Shown here in pieces: positions 1 through 13,080 of a stretch of 64,000 bases of DNA. The notes beneath the pieces are model-generated. The model made no database searches. It was not told where the DNA came from and worked only from the letters and a program-made list of their open reading frames with translations. Source of the DNA: Macrostomum lignano (lineage: Eukaryota); NCBI GenBank assembly GCA_002269645.1, contig NIVC01001389.1, forward strand, positions 1-64,000, given 5' to 3'. Both the position numbers and the translations under genes were made by a program. The stretch's first letter is position 1; every line of letters begins with the position of its first letter.

Positions 1-49
1 TCGGCACCTTCAACAGATAGCACTAGGTGATTATGTTTTTAGTGCCCAT

Positions 50-210
50 GCGAGCCCAATTTATATGTACGAGTACATCGGCCTACGTAAAATTCATGCA
101 ATTTAAGTGCGGCGATCCTTCACACCCCACCTGGTGACGGGATTTTATTCATCGTCTGAAAATAAATAAATATCGATCAGCCCAATTAGCAGGGCTCCAC
201 CTTTCGTCTC
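50..210 (+). repeat. LTR-like direct repeat, copy 1 (copy 2 at about 1810-1963)
   Basis: 131-210 matches 1885-1963 (ctggtg...gaaaataaa...tatcgatcagcccaa..agcag.gctccacctttcgtctc, contains AATAAA); weaker similarity upstream. The two copies flank the integrase fragment. Confidence 0.55.
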
Positions 211-229
211 CAAGGACTCCACGGACTCC

Positions 230-1700
230 AATGACGCGGATCTGAAGGACATCTGAGGCGTCAGGCACGAGCTGTCGGAGCACGAAGGCCTCCTATTGCG
301 CGACAGCCAGCTGTTCGTGCCTGAGGTGCTACGGTTCCGGTGCCTTCAACTGGCTCATCAAGGCATGCAAACTAGACCGCCTGTAATCGAAGGTCTGGTG
401 ACCGGGCATGCACTCGGCAGTGGAGACTCATGTGGCCGCCTGCATCAGCTGCGCGGCCTCCAACAGCGAGGCGACTACAAAGGCAACGCGCTTGAAGCCG
501 ACGGATCTACCGGATAGGCCATGGCTCGATCTCGACCTTGACTTCCTGGGCCCGTCAAAGGAAAATCGCTACTCGTCTGCACCGACCACTTTTCTCGGTT
601 CCGCTGGTTGAAGCTATGGCAGACACAACGGCCGCCGCCACCACACGCGTGCTCCGACGGTGATGTAGCATCATACATGCGCAACCTCCAAAATTCGGTG
701 CGACTTAGTTTTAACAAAAATGCGACGTAGTTTTTGGCCAAAAATGCGACTTACATGTAAAAGAAACCCTAACGCAAAATTAACGCAACTTTGGGTACAC
801 GGTAGGAGTAACTATAACTGTCTTATTAAGGCAAGATGCTTCGTCATCTACTTAGTACTACTTGGGTATTTATTCGGGTGGGCATTTTTGCGACTTACCT
901 TGGTTGGCCGCCAAATCGGTCGGCCGGATCGGCCGACTCGGCCGAATGTTGCGCATGTATGTGTAGCATTTTCGGCCAGCCGCTCAAGATGTCGACTGAC
1001 AAGGTGTCGCCCTTCTCATCAGCGGATTTAACCAACTTCCAGAAAGACCAAGGAGTCCACCATCATCGGATCACGCCGCTCTACCCGCAGGCCAACGGAG
1101 CCACCGAGCGCTGCAACGAGGGCCGCCTCAACAAAGCCATACGCGCAGCTTTCGCCGAAGGAAAAGACTGGACGGTAGCTGTCGACGAATACCTGGCCGC
1201 GCACGCCGCCAGCACAGCTCGACAGGAGTCGCCCCGGCAAACCTGCTCTTCGGACGCCAAGTCAATGACGCGATCCCCAGTCTTCACCACTCGCGACCTG
1301 TGAAAGTGTCGCGGGCCGCCATTGCCGGAACGGATCGGAAGGCCAAAGAGAAGATGAAGGACTACCGCGACCAGCGGGACCATCAAATCCAACCGAGCGC
1401 GTCCTACGGCGCCAGTAGCACCTTCGTTGAAACCGTACCGTGGACTGTGGCGAATTTCAGGAAAATGCCCTTGTTATTCAGCGCGGCGAGACCACTTGCC
1501 GACAGCACGCCACTCAGGTCAAGAAGCTGCCGGAGCCCCCCGGCCACGCAGCAGGCAGGCCGAGTCCATCGGCGAGACCGGCGGCCAAGAGGCGCCCGGC
1601 GAGCCCGCGGAGCCGATCGCGGCCAGGCCGCACCCACGCCAGGCCAAAGACGGGGCCAAGAACTACAAGGAGCCGGACCTCAGGAGGCATTAGGCCTCAG
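230..1700 (+). mobile_element. Degenerate Ty3/Gypsy LTR-retrotransposon integrase region (frameshifted, interrupted by a MITE at 672-961)
   Basis: ORF pieces: LFVPEVLRFRCLQLAHQG and HVAACISC (H2C2 zinc-binding), PWLDLDLDFLGP, and FGQPLKMSTD...ITPLYPQANGATER (DDE core). Several frameshifts. Confidence 0.85.
672..961. mobile_element. 290-bp non-autonomous DNA transposon (MITE), hAT- or P-like
   Basis: Perfect 14-bp TIR CATACATGCGCAAC (672-685) / GTTGCGCATGTATG (948-961). Exact 8-bp TSD TGTAGCAT (664-671 and 962-969). Splits the Gypsy integrase. Confidence 0.92.
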
Positions 1701-1809
1701 TGATTGCTTGGTAGCAGCAGACTTTGACAATATGTATTCTTTGTTACAATATTTTGTTTTTACCCCCTTATTACTAATCCGCGCGTGGAGAGAGATGTTG
1801 TGTTCTCGC

Positions 1810-1963
1810 TAGCCCAGTCTATATGTACATCGCCCTGCGTACAGTACGTACAATGCATGCACTTTACGATTCTTCACCTGCACTCTGGTGGCGTGATTTA
1901 TCCATCGTTTGAAAATAAACAAATATCGATCAGCCCAACTAGCAGCGCTCCACCTTTCGTCTC
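1810..1963 (+). repeat. LTR-like direct repeat, copy 2
   Basis: Similar to 50-210; lies just 3' of the integrase fragment. Confidence 0.5.
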
Positions 1964-3371
1964 AGCACACTCCAGCCTTTCCTACTATAGCCATTACAAT
2001 GGTTTTCTGGCAGAATCATTTAATTATCTCGACGGTCCGGAGGGCTGGCGACTTGATTCTTGCTCCAGAAGGTCGCGCTACAAAAAGTGAGTCCATGTTC
2101 TCGGGTTTTGTGTGCCTTCGTTGCTCTGTTCGGGCGCAGCAAAAAAAATTGTGTCTGGGGGGTTCCCCGAGGGCGAAAAAATGGATTGGAATTCCTGTTG
2201 CTAAACAGAAGGAAAATCCAATCATGAAAATATCTTCAGAAGTACATGATTTGAGACAATTGCCAATTTTGTCCCCAAGGCTGAACAATTTCCATCGTGC
2301 TAGCGCATTTTGAGACAAAACTGGAAGGAATCGAGTCCGTGAGCTCAGGACCTGAGTTGTCTGTCCGCCTGTCAGCTCGGTGGACCTGCCATAATGCAGT
2401 AATCTAATAAGCACAATGCGGGTTCTCCATTCAGGGTCTGACAGATGACACACAGACACTGCAGCACCTCCGCTTCCTGATTGATCACCCAGCAGCGGCG
2501 GGGAGATGTGATTAAAAAAGCAGTAAAATGAGGTGCGAAATTGCAAAACTGATTCTAAAGATTCAGTAAGTAGATTAGATTAAAATAAATATTTTTAGTA
2601 AACTTTTTGTTAACTAGCGGAAACTGTTTAGCATGCAAAACAGTACCTCGTAAATAAGAATCTTTAAGTACACCTGGGTGCGTTATAGATTCAAACAACA
2701 GGGTGGAAGGCATCCAGATGGTTGGGAGGGGGCTAAAAGTACAGGCAGAACTCAAGCTCAACCAGGCAGACTGTTAGAGGATTAACAGAGAGGATTTTAC
2801 TTTTAGCGTCCATAGGCTTGCAGGAGGCAGCTGCGTTCGATATGAGAAATTGATACTAAAATTGATACAGAAATTGATACTAAAAAGATGGAAACAGAAA
2901 TATTCAGAGTACAAAGTGAGCAAGCTTACAGCTCCAGCCACTGGCCACAGCCAGCTCACGCCACCGCAGAGAGACAGAGCAGCCTCCTGACCACCAGCCA
3001 AGGGTGACGGCAGCAGCGCATTTGACAAATGAGGCATGCTCCTGAACCAGCGTGCTTCAGGACTTACAATCAGGGATTCAGGAGCTGCTGAAGTTTGAAA
3101 ATTTGCTCTGCATATCTGCGAAAAGTTTCGGCTTGCTTGATTCAGCTGCAGGGGTTCTGGGCATCCGGATGCAGCGAGGAGGCGTTGCCGCCCATTTCGC
3201 AAACCCCTGGACACCCAGAGGCAACTACAAGTAGAGGCAAGAGTTAAAAATTCTAAAAACATTAGAAGGAAAAATTAGCATAAATCAAAACCATCATAAA
3301 GTCTGTTTATATATAGTCAATGTGTCACCTGACCATCGGCGCTCTTCTCCTCTGTCGCCCGCAGTCCGCCC

Positions 3372-3690
3372 AGTCCCTGTCACCCAGTCCCTGTCACCCA
3401 GTCCCTGTCACCCCAGTCCCAACCCCAGTCCTGTCACCCAGTCCTGTCACACCCTGTCACTCCAGTCCCCTGTCACATCAACCCCTGTCACTCCAGTCCC
3501 CTGTCACACCCCTGTCACTCCAGTCCCCTGTCACACCCCTGTCACTCCAGTCCCCTGTCACACCCCTGTCACTCCAGTCCCCTGTCACACCCCTGTCACT
3601 CCAGTCCCTGTCACACCCCTGTCACTCCAGTCCCCTGTCACACCCCTGTCACACCAGTCCCTGTCACCCCAGTCCCCTGTCACCCTGTTC
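3372..3690. repeat. Minisatellite, 27-bp unit (ccctgtcactccagtcccctgtcacac)
   Basis: Direct tandem copies; explains the TPVTPVPCH repeat ORFs. Confidence 0.95.
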
Positions 3691-3750
3691 TGTCATGAAT
3701 CTTTTACACAATTTAGCTCGTACACAAGCAGTATAGCTGATTAATCACAA

Positions 3751-6700
3751 ATGGCGACAAGTTCACACGGACGGATTCCGGAGCTCACACAAGACTCCGA
3801 CTTCGAGATTTACGCATAGAGAATGGAGCAGTATTTCATCTGCAACTAGGTTGAGTCCACCGAGGCCAAGCGTGCTACATTTCTCACTGCCATTGGAGAG
3901 AAACACTACAAACTGCTTCGGGACCTGTGCCATCCGTACTGACTAGCTGACCATCAAGACATACGAGAATCGCAGAGATGTCCTCAAGAATCACCTCCTT
4001 CCAAGATTGCTGCCAGATTCAAGTTTCAGCGCAGGATTCAGCAAGAAGGCGAATCGTCCACAGCCTTACTTAGCAGGTCTGAAGTCTGATGTGGTGCACT
4101 GCAATTTCAGCTCAATAATGAATTAATGAACGATTTCGCAATAAGTTTGAATTCAGCATGAGTAGCGATGCGATGCGCTCCAATTTTTTATAGAGTGCAA
4201 GCAGCTCCCACCAGACTCTGACCACCCTGACTAATTCATTGGAGACTTCGCAGAGAACTTCAAGCGAAATGTCGCAACCGTCGTCTACGCACCGAGTCAC
4301 AGCTCAGCTGCGACCGCACGCCCCGGCAGCAGGCAAGCCAGCTCAATGAGACCATTGGCATCACCCAAGGCTAACCGTTGCGACAGCTGCAGAGGCTCTC
4401 ATTCACGACAGACCTGCAGGCATCGCAGCGCCAAGTGCCACGCCTGCGGCAGGCTCGGTCATCTCAAGAAGGTCTGCCGTTCATCCAATGCCTCCATCAA
4501 AATGGTAGACGAGTCTGACTCCTCCACAGAGGACGAACAGGAGGAGGAGCCCATCTTCCACGTATCGAACGCCTCCCGGTCGGCCATCATGGGGCCCCTG
4601 CAGGTGGAAAAGACGCTGACACAGTTTGAGTGGATATCGGATCAGCTGCCAGCTTAGCACCAAAGTCCTTCTACGACCAGCATCTCAGCCACCTACCGCT
4701 GCGCCTATCGAGGACCACCCTGCGCACCTATACTGACCAGGCACAACCAGTGCCTTACGCCCCGCGTGACAGCGTTGACAAGGAGCTGCAGCGAATGGAA
4801 GCGGAGGGCATCATCAATCCGATCACCACCTCCGACTGGGCGGCGCCAATTGTTCCGGTCATTAAGAAGGATGGCTCGGATACTACAAAAGCACCTTCAA
4901 ACGCGTGGCCAAGCAGGAGCACTATCCATTGCCGAGGATCGAGGACCTGTTCGCACGGCTGGGCGGCGGCTACAAGTGGAGCAAGCTCGAACTGGCCAAG
5001 GCGTTTCTGCAGCTGCCGATCTTTGAGGATAGCAAGCAGTTTATCGTCATCAACACCCAGCGAGAACTGTTTCAAGTCAACCGCCTGTTACCTTTAGGCA
5101 TCCGCTCGGCCAGCATCATCTTCCAGCGCGTGCTCGATACCCTGATGGGGCACCTTGACGGTGTTCGAGTCTACCAGGGCGACATCTTGGTGACGGCCCC
5201 ACACTGGCTGCGCACAAGGCCAACCTGATGCAAGTGCTGCGCAAGCTGCAGGAGACTGGTCTGCACATCAAAGTGGCCAAGTGCGCCTTCTTCAGAGATT
5301 CGATCGACTACCTGGGTCACCGGATCGACCATCACGGTTTGCGGCCACTCACGACTGAGCCAGCGAGCCCGACAGACCGATGTGAGTCAAGTGCGCTCCT
5401 ACCCAGGCATGCTGACTCTATGCGAAGATCCTGCCCAACCTCGCATCGGTCGTAGCGCCTCTCACCAAAGGAGTGACATGGAAGTGGGGCGATCCCAGGG
5501 ACCAGGCCTTCAAAGCAGCTGCTGCTGGACTCTGGCGCCCTTGTGCACTTCAACCCGGAAGTGCCTCTTCGATTGGAGTGCGACGCGTCAGCATACGGCA
5601 TTGGCGTCATGCTCAGCCACCGCGAGAAGGCTCGGACTATGCCATTGCTTTTGCCAGAAAGTCGCTGACCTCAGCCCAGCGCAATTGCTCCTAGCTGGAC
5701 AAGGAGGTGCTGATCTCAAGTCGGCGTACAGCGCTTTTATCAATTCCTAAACGGTCGCCATTTCACCATCGTGACGCATCATCGGCCGCTCCTCAGACTG
5801 CCGGGCCCGGACAAGGAAATCCCGACACGCGCTGCTGTCAGAATGCAGAGGTGGGCCATCCGATTGTCAGGCTACCAGTACTCCTTGGAGTTCAGGCCGA
5901 CCGAGAAGCCTGGAAACTGCATTTCCCTCTCCCGCCTGCACGTCGAGGAAGCCGCAGTGCACTCGCTCACTCTGGGGGACGATTCGAGCCCCCCATTCGA
6001 CTGCTGCCGCCAGTGCCAAGGCAACTCAAGCCAACACGATACTGTCGAAGCTGCTGTGGGCCCTGCGATCGGGACAGGAACTGCCAGCTAAAAACTTCCA
6101 AAACTTTGCCCGACGTCAAACAGAGCTTTCTGTCGAAGCCGGTTGTGTACTGAGGGGGTCTTGCGTCGTCATCCCGGACACCTGGACAGCTGTACTTGAC
6201 GCATCCTGGTGCGAGCCAAATGAAGGCCATCGCACGGAGCTTCGTCTGCTTGCCCAGACTCGACAAGGAACTGGAGCAGCTCGGAAGAGAGTGCGTCACC
6301 TGCAGAGCCCATCAGGCAGACCCAACAAGGCTCCAGTGCATCCCTGGCTGTTCCCCAAGGAACCATAAGGCAGCCTAAATTTCGATTTCGCCGGCCCTGT
6401 CAACGGTCGAATGTACGAGCGTACATCGTTATTGTCGACGCTGCTGTCGAGCGGGACGTCTGCTGGCCGGACCATCGTGCACCTCCATGACGTATTCTCC
6501 CACCTGGGGCCTACCAAGTATTCTCATCTCAGACAACGGCCCCCAGTTCGCCTCTCGGGAGTTCGCTGACTTCATGCGTAGCAACGGCATCCGGCACGTG
6601 ACTTCAGTGCCCTACCACCTGGCTGCCAACGGGCAGGCCGAGAGATTCGTGCAGATGCTCAAAGCTCACATCAGGAAGTCAGAGGCACTCTGCAGAAGTC

Positions 6701-7224
6701 ATGCAGCGCTTCCTGTTTGCCTACCGGATCGCGCCGCATTCAAGCACCGCTGCCTCACCAGGCGAACTGCTATTTGGAGGTCGCCTGTGATCCCATCTGG
6801 ACCTCCTGCGACCGTCCCTGGTTGAGCAGATGCGAGACTGACTTGACGCACCGCCAAGTGCGATCCTTCGAATTCGGTGACACCAAAGAGCTTCGGCAAG
6901 AACGCCGGCTGGCGGCGTGGCTTCGTCATGGCGGCGGGCAAACGAAACTACGACGTTGAGGTCGGCAAAGGTCAGGTCGGCGCCACATCGACTAACTACT
7001 GCCAGAGAAGTGTCAGCAGCCGCCAGCAGTACCGGCCGTCGCGGCACCCGAGCAAGCACCAAAATCAATCTCGGAACTCTGAGGTGGGCCCCGACAGCTC
7101 AATTTCAGAAACTTCAGCAGCGGCCCCGATAGCTCTCGCTGGACCTGCTCCGGTCACTGAAGTCACTGGACAGCATGCCGCTCTCGCCTGCCAGGTTTCA
7201 GGCGGGCCAGTGATTGAACTTTGA
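3751..7224 (+). mobile_element. Decayed Ty3/Gypsy (K02A2.6-like) gag-pol retrotransposon
   Basis: gag start MATSSHGRIPELTQDSDFEIYA*RMEQYF...TFLTAIGEKHYKLLRDLC at 3751; knuckles CDSCRGSH / CHACGRLGHLKKVC; protease (DIGSAAS); RT (TSDWAAPIVPVIKKDG, YPLPRIEDLF, YQGDIL); RNaseH (RMQRWAIRLSGYQY); integrase (ISDNGPQFASREF, PYHLAANGQAERFVQ). Many stops and frameshifts. Confidence 0.93.
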
Positions 7225-7299
7225 GACACTGACTTGACTCATCAACAGATCTTTAATCACCGTGAGTTTTTTTAATTCCATGTTAAGTGATTAAAAACC

Positions 7300-7724
7300 T
7301 ATTTATAGAAATCTCCAGTGGCCAAAGGGCATATCATATTGTAATCAAAGACAAATCGTTTATTATCAGCGCCTGACAGGCCAATCTTCTTTGTCGAATT
7401 GTAATAAACGGCGTGATCTTTAGACTGCAGTTCAGAAAATTCATTAATACTGTAGTTCTCCTATTGTGACACAAGGCATCTCTGTATGCAGCTTCATTTA
7501 ACTCATTCCTAACTACATGTTTAGGAACACCCTTTGATTTTTAGTGGGATCTGATGGCTACATTTTACAAAATAAGATTTTGCTCTCAACCCGATAAATT
7601 CGGTGATGATTTTGCCAGCATTCTTATCCTTTATTTTCCTAATCACTTTCTTGTTACTAGGGCCAAACATTTGATTGCCATTCTGCGTTTTGAATGATTC
7701 TGAGTATTCAGATAGGTCATGCAA
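7300..7724 (-). pseudogene. C-terminal fragment of a protein-primed family B DNA polymerase (Polinton/Maverick or adintovirus-like)
   Basis: NKKVIRKIKDKNAGKIITEFIGLRAKSY, then with frameshifts KGVPKHVVRNELNEAAYRDAL and SKDHAVYYNSTKKIGLSGADNKRF. These match the pPolB C-terminal pattern (KDE..G.II.EFVGLR.K.Y; KGV.K; K.ALS..DDKR). Confidence 0.75.
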
Positions 7725-8805
7725 GTCCTTCTACGTCAAAAGACTTGTCACCCCTTTTTTGCGTCCTTTTTTTGTCATTGAGAGTCACCCCCCCTGCGTA
7801 TGCCACAGCCAGTGGCTTAATCGGTTGTTTATTTATCCCGGGCTGTGCGCTATGATTGGCCGTGGCCATGTCGCCAGCTTTTCCCTTTGGCGGGTTAGTG
7901 ATTGGCTGGGCCGGGCGGCGGTCTCGGGGTTGCCTCCCCCGGGCGGGGTGGTTGGCTGGGAGGTTGGGTCGGTGGTGGGGTGGTGAGTTGAAGAGCTTGT
8001 GGCCCTCCCCCTCCGCGCAGGCGTTGGCTATCTGGGTGGGTAGTAAACATTGCAGAGGAAAGAGTTCCTAGTCCAGCAATTTAAAGCGGGGACAGACAGA
8101 TACGGGATAAACTGCGCAATTTCACACAGCAGGCCTTGCTCTCTCTTTCCACTTCTCTCTACACTGAGTGATGCCGCTAGAATATAATATGTTTTCCATA
8201 AATAATTATATATTATAGAATTTTCTAACAACGTTATAAAAACTTCTAAAGCCGCGTATTAGAGCAAAAACATTCACCACCCAGGCCTCTTCATGTCCAT
8301 GCCATCAACTGAACGCAAAACTGACGAGTCAAAAGCCTGCAATAAATTAGCATAACTAAAAAGATTTTTGCTGATGCCACGGTGAAAAACTTTGAAGAAG
8401 AGGAGAACAAGTTGTTAGACGAAATAATCGATTTCGGCGATTTGTATAACAGCAAAAATATGGATCAACACGTACAATGCGCTCACCAGGCGATTTCAAC
8501 GTGAAGAAATCGTCTTACCTACGTTTAGCGGTAATATAAAGAAGACCAAGATGCGAAGGAGGTAAAGGAAGAAGAAGCAGTAAAAAATTGCTTAAGAGCT
8601 TCGTGAATCAACCAAGATTGGAAGACTTCAAGTGCGGTCATCACCAAATCGAATCCGTAGTCGAGTAGATTAGGAAAATAAACTAAGGATTTTCCTACGG
8701 CATAAAAGCCGGCGGGATTCTGCAGCACGTAAGGACGACCTAAAAAAACAAAAATATAAGGCTTTATAAGAAATATAAAATTTTCACTCGCTTGGGTGAA
8801 TTTTT

Positions 8806-9030
8806 TTGATCCGCGTTGCGAAGCTCAGCCGCCAGCACCCATTACTGAAGTGCAGCGCAGTTTCTCTGTCACGCCTGCGATCTAAGATCAAGTTCGCAAC
8901 AGAGGCGCCTCAGCTAATTCAGGAAGAAGACGAAATCGAACTCCTACATCAACCAAATCAGCAGCTGGTGGAGGCTGAGCTGGGCAAGCTGGAGGCGGCT
9001 GGCATTATCGAGTGAGTCTAAGTGGACTGA
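8806..9030 (+). mobile_element. Gypsy RT N-terminal remnant
   Basis: LVEAELGKLEAAGIIE, typical of the start of the RT in this clade. Confidence 0.5.
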
Positions 9031-9539
9031 GAGCTTCAGTGCATAAAACCGAATACTGCAATATTCGATCCTTACAGTATTGAATTCAGAAAAATGGGAC
9101 CATTTTTTTTCCTTTACAACAAATAAGGAGTGGAAGTATTTTATGAGTAGAAGCTGTCCTGACAACTATGTACTGTACGTCAGGGATATACATCGTAACA
9201 TTTTTATATTTAGAATTGCACATTTAAACTGCAATTTCTTTCAACTGTCCTCCATTTTTTGGTACACGGGGGGGGAGTAAAAACCCTCACGGTTGATTCT
9301 TCACTCTCTTTCCCCAGATTTTTCTTCAACTTTATTATCCCATTCTCTCAATCACAACCGCTGGAGCAAACTCTTCACCATTAAAATCCTCTCAAACTCA
9401 GAGTTTGAAATGTTAAACAGTATGTTGGCTCGTTTACCTTTAAACACCTAAAAGGTAAATTCAAATTTAAGTTGCTGCGAATTAAAATATTCAAACCTTT
9501 AACAAAATCAACAATTCAAACTATGAGGATGGACGAGAC

Positions 9540-11923
9540 AAAGCGGCATTTGGCGAGCAAGAGGCGGCATCCGCGCAAAGAAGCAGAAAAAGGGGTGCAA
9601 GCGAACTCCTAAGCCCAAGAAAGGATAAGACAGTTCGTCCGAGAAGAGAGGGAACATTACAAATGCTGGGACACCATCTGACCAACCGCCCGACGCTTGC
9701 GGGCCTCAGAGGCACAGTCACTGAAGTAGCGCCCCACACAGTCAGAGCGCCAGTCACCCAGGGCCATGGTGTCAGGCAGAGCCACCCCCGGAGAAGGCGA
9801 CCGGGATGAAACCGCAGTTCCAGTGCCTGACGCAGAAGCGAGATCAGCAGACGAGGCTTCAAACGCTGCCTCTGCGAGCCCACGCGGTAGGAGAACAGCG
9901 GGGCGGTGGCGCCGATGCGATTCTGGCGCAGGTGGCGCGACACAGCACTGACAGGGCAATAGGCAGCGCCGGCCAGACAAAGCAGCTGCACCGTGTGGAC
10001 ACGCTGGCCGAATTGGTTGGTCTTGGACCGCTGCAGCTGCAGCACCAGCCCGGAGCCGGAGCTGGATAGATGGCCAGAGCGCAGCTCCAGACCGGCAGCA
10101 GGTCGCCGACTCGGATCAGCCACCGCCGGCGCCAGGCCACCAGCAAGGCGGCGCAGAATGCAGACCACAGATTCGGGACAAAGCCGCGATGGGCCGCAGG
10201 GTCGTTCACCAGCCGCCGCAGGTGGTCAGGCTCGAGCGCAGTCGCCTGCTTGGTCCGAAGCCCCAGGAAGAGCCGAGCGCCCCTCGCAAGGAACTGCAGC
10301 CGTGCCGCCTCTCGAGCTAGGTCTGGCGAGCCGGCCAGCTGGTGGAGCACCGAGACGGAATTGATGATGGACCGCTGGGCTAAGAAGGCGTTGATCCGTG
10401 ATTGCACCAGGTGAACCAACGTACTGACACAGGTCGCTCTCGCTGGCGGTGGTCGGACCGATGCCCGCCCGATCACAGAACGCATGCCAGGCCTTGAATT
10501 GGCAACGGCAGGATCTCCAGGAGCTGTCTGCGAGAGCAAGGCGGCAGCGGAGACTGCTTTCTGGGGCGGCCCGTCCCGAGAGCGGAGGCGACCTGAAAGC
10601 GGAGGGCGGAGTGAGAAGACACCGAGAGCGCGTGCATGGAAAAATTTGTCAGACAAAAGGCAGATATGACCGTAAAAACAAAAGCAAAAGTTAAGCAATC
10701 CAGCACGAGAGCCAAGCATTTGAGACGCGGCGTCACGTCTCATATTTTTATAATTTTCATAAGTCCTGTCAGGTGATAAGCCTCAATACAAAGAGGTTGG
10801 GATGACTGCAGAACAAGTGATTAACCATGCTAACAGCGGCGGTACTATTAGACCAGAATCGAGCCAAACTTCGAAACCGTCAACAGTAGAGTCATGGCTT
10901 CCTTGAAGTTAATGTGTAAATTCATTAACTGGCCATCAAAGTCTCTCTCCCAATGGATTTAGACCCAGTCAGAGACGGTTGAGGTCCTCAGAATGCCTGC
11001 CGCACCTTCGGTGCAGCTGTCAGACTCAATCGCTGCAAGCTCTGGTACGAGCGTAGTTTGGCCAGAGACTACTAAGCGGCAACCAGGCCAGCGCTTTCTG
11101 CCATCAATCTAGGTGCATTTTCAGCTCAGACCTAAGCACAATTGGAGCCTTGCAGTCATAATCCATTGAGGTGATCACCTCCATGAAGGAAATGCCGCAG
11201 CTGACAATTGATTTGACACAGCCAACCAAGCTTCCTCGACAGCTTCTGCATGCGACCGCAGTCCCTCAGTAGGTTGTCAATCTCACTGGCTTTGCCAGCA
11301 GGAAGGCTCATCGTACCCTTGCGTGTATCGATGCTTATTCCCAGAAAAACCAGCTGTTGCAAAGGTTGAGTCGACTTATCCCAGTTAATAGTAAGTCCCA
11401 GCGACTGCAGCAGATTAGTAAGAAAATCATAGGCCCGCCGGGCCCCGCTCTCCGAGTCAACTGCCATTGTCAAATCGTCCAGGTAGTTGACGGTGGTGTG
11501 AAAACCGCACCGCACCATGTAGCGCTTCACCGCTGATGAGAGCCGATGAAAAATCTCACAGGAGGCGCACGAACCGAAAGGCAGCCTGTTATCGAACATC
11601 GCAGTCTCACAGTCCTGACCGTGAAAGCGCCACTTCAAGCCAGAAAGACGATGGTCATTGGGACTGATGGCGACGGACCTGTAGGCATCTTTCAGATCCA
11701 TTTTGGCCATGTAGGAACCGGGCTTTAAATGCTTTTTGAATTCTCGAACAGAGCCAAAACGGATGCCTTTTTCCTGCTGATAGTAGTCATTAACAGAGTC
11801 GCCGAGCCGAGCAGACAGATCGTGAATGAGGCGGACTTTCCCGTTGGATTCAGTCAAGGACTCAATGGGGTTCACTTTCACAGACTCCTTGGGTAACGGT
11901 GTAGCGGCCCGCTGAGCTTTCAC
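9540..11923 (-). mobile_element. Decayed DIRS/Ngaro-like tyrosine-recombinase retrotransposon (RT, RNaseH, YR)
   Basis: RT 11923-11156 (KVRLIHDLS, MAKMDLKDAYRSV, RLPFG, VNYLDD); RNaseH-like at about 11100-10850 (ESDSCTEG, LHINFKEA); YR 10420-9657 (GLRTKQATAL, LQRSKTNQFG, CPVSAV, LGDWRSDCVGRY). Confidence 0.88.
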
Positions 11924-12069
11924 CTTGGCGGCATTCTGGCTAGAATATTTAGTTATCTCTCAGAGCAGTAATATTAGGTTGCTTATCTTTAACCAAACGA
12001 AAGCCATGAACGATACCATTCATCAAATACTGCTTGTCTGGGTCGTAATTCAGCAGCTTCTCCCAAGCG

Positions 12070-13080
12070 AAGCCTTCAAATCTCCAGCAGAGGAGTTTAA
12101 GCAGACTATCAATCCGCAACTAGCTCAAGACAGTTTTCCGATGCCAACACCGGAGGAAGCTCTCTCCACAGTTGCCACAGGTGCACGAGGTACAGCATAC
12201 TTGATTTAGAGAAAGCGTATAACCAGATAGAGCTGGGTGAAGAATCGAAGGCCCTTACTTAAATGTCGACTCTGTTTGGTAACTTTCGCTATAATCGTCT
12301 GGTGTTTGGTTTAAAAACAGCACTTAGAATTTTCCAGCGCTACATTTCCCAAGTCATCCAAGGTATATCTGGGTCGATTGCTTATATTGATGATGCGCTG
12401 ATTGGAGGCAAAGACGAGGCTAAGTTGCAATGTCGAGAAGAGCAGGTGCTCAAATGGCTAGTCAGTGAAATCGTAGCAGGCTGTGGTTCCTAGGCCACAC
12501 TCTAGACAATGGTCGCATCTAGTCGAACGACGAGAAAGTCAGTGCAATCAAGGAGATGAAGCCACCAAAGAGCTTGGCAGAGTTAGTCATTTCTGGGATT
12601 AGGGATGTTCTGTTCTCGTTTCGAGCAGATTACCAGAAATACAAGAACAGGACTGTTCACGTGATCTTGAGCGCGAGTGAGCCACAGAGACCCACGATTC
12701 TCAAGGAATCGATTCTTTAAGTTGCTATGCTCATATGAGCCTATTTTGAATTATTTAAATTAAGGTCTCATCAAGGAGTCTCCAGGCTAGCAATCCAAGT
12801 AGCTAGTGTATATTGTGGTCAAGCGGTTCGCATTAGACGAAAGAAATTGTACCACGACTACGTGGCTGTCTGGTGGTCTTCGATTTTTTGTTACCACAGA
12901 CATTTCTATTTGTACTATGATGTCAAAATAAGCGACGTCATCTATTGCACCGAAATGGAGACTCACGTGAATTTACATTGGGGACTAACACACGAGGTGT
13001 CTATGGCCCAAGATAGACAGTTGGAAGTGTAAAGAGTCGGGACTAACCTAGAGGTTTTATCGGACAATTGGATTAGCGAC
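12070..13080 (+). mobile_element. Decayed Gypsy RT and integrase remnants
   Basis: EFKQTINPQLAQDSFPMPTPEE; FRYNRLVFGLKTALRIFQRYISQVIQGISGSIAYIDDALI; WISDNRTAF near 13070. Confidence 0.75.

Noticed and set aside
2016-3262. ORFs of 134-176 aa between the two Gypsy elements
   Set aside because: No motif or codon pattern that I can support.
7780-8060. GC-rich segment with several CCAAT-like motifs, possibly a DIRS/Ngaro terminal repeat
   Set aside because: No second copy found in the window to define it.
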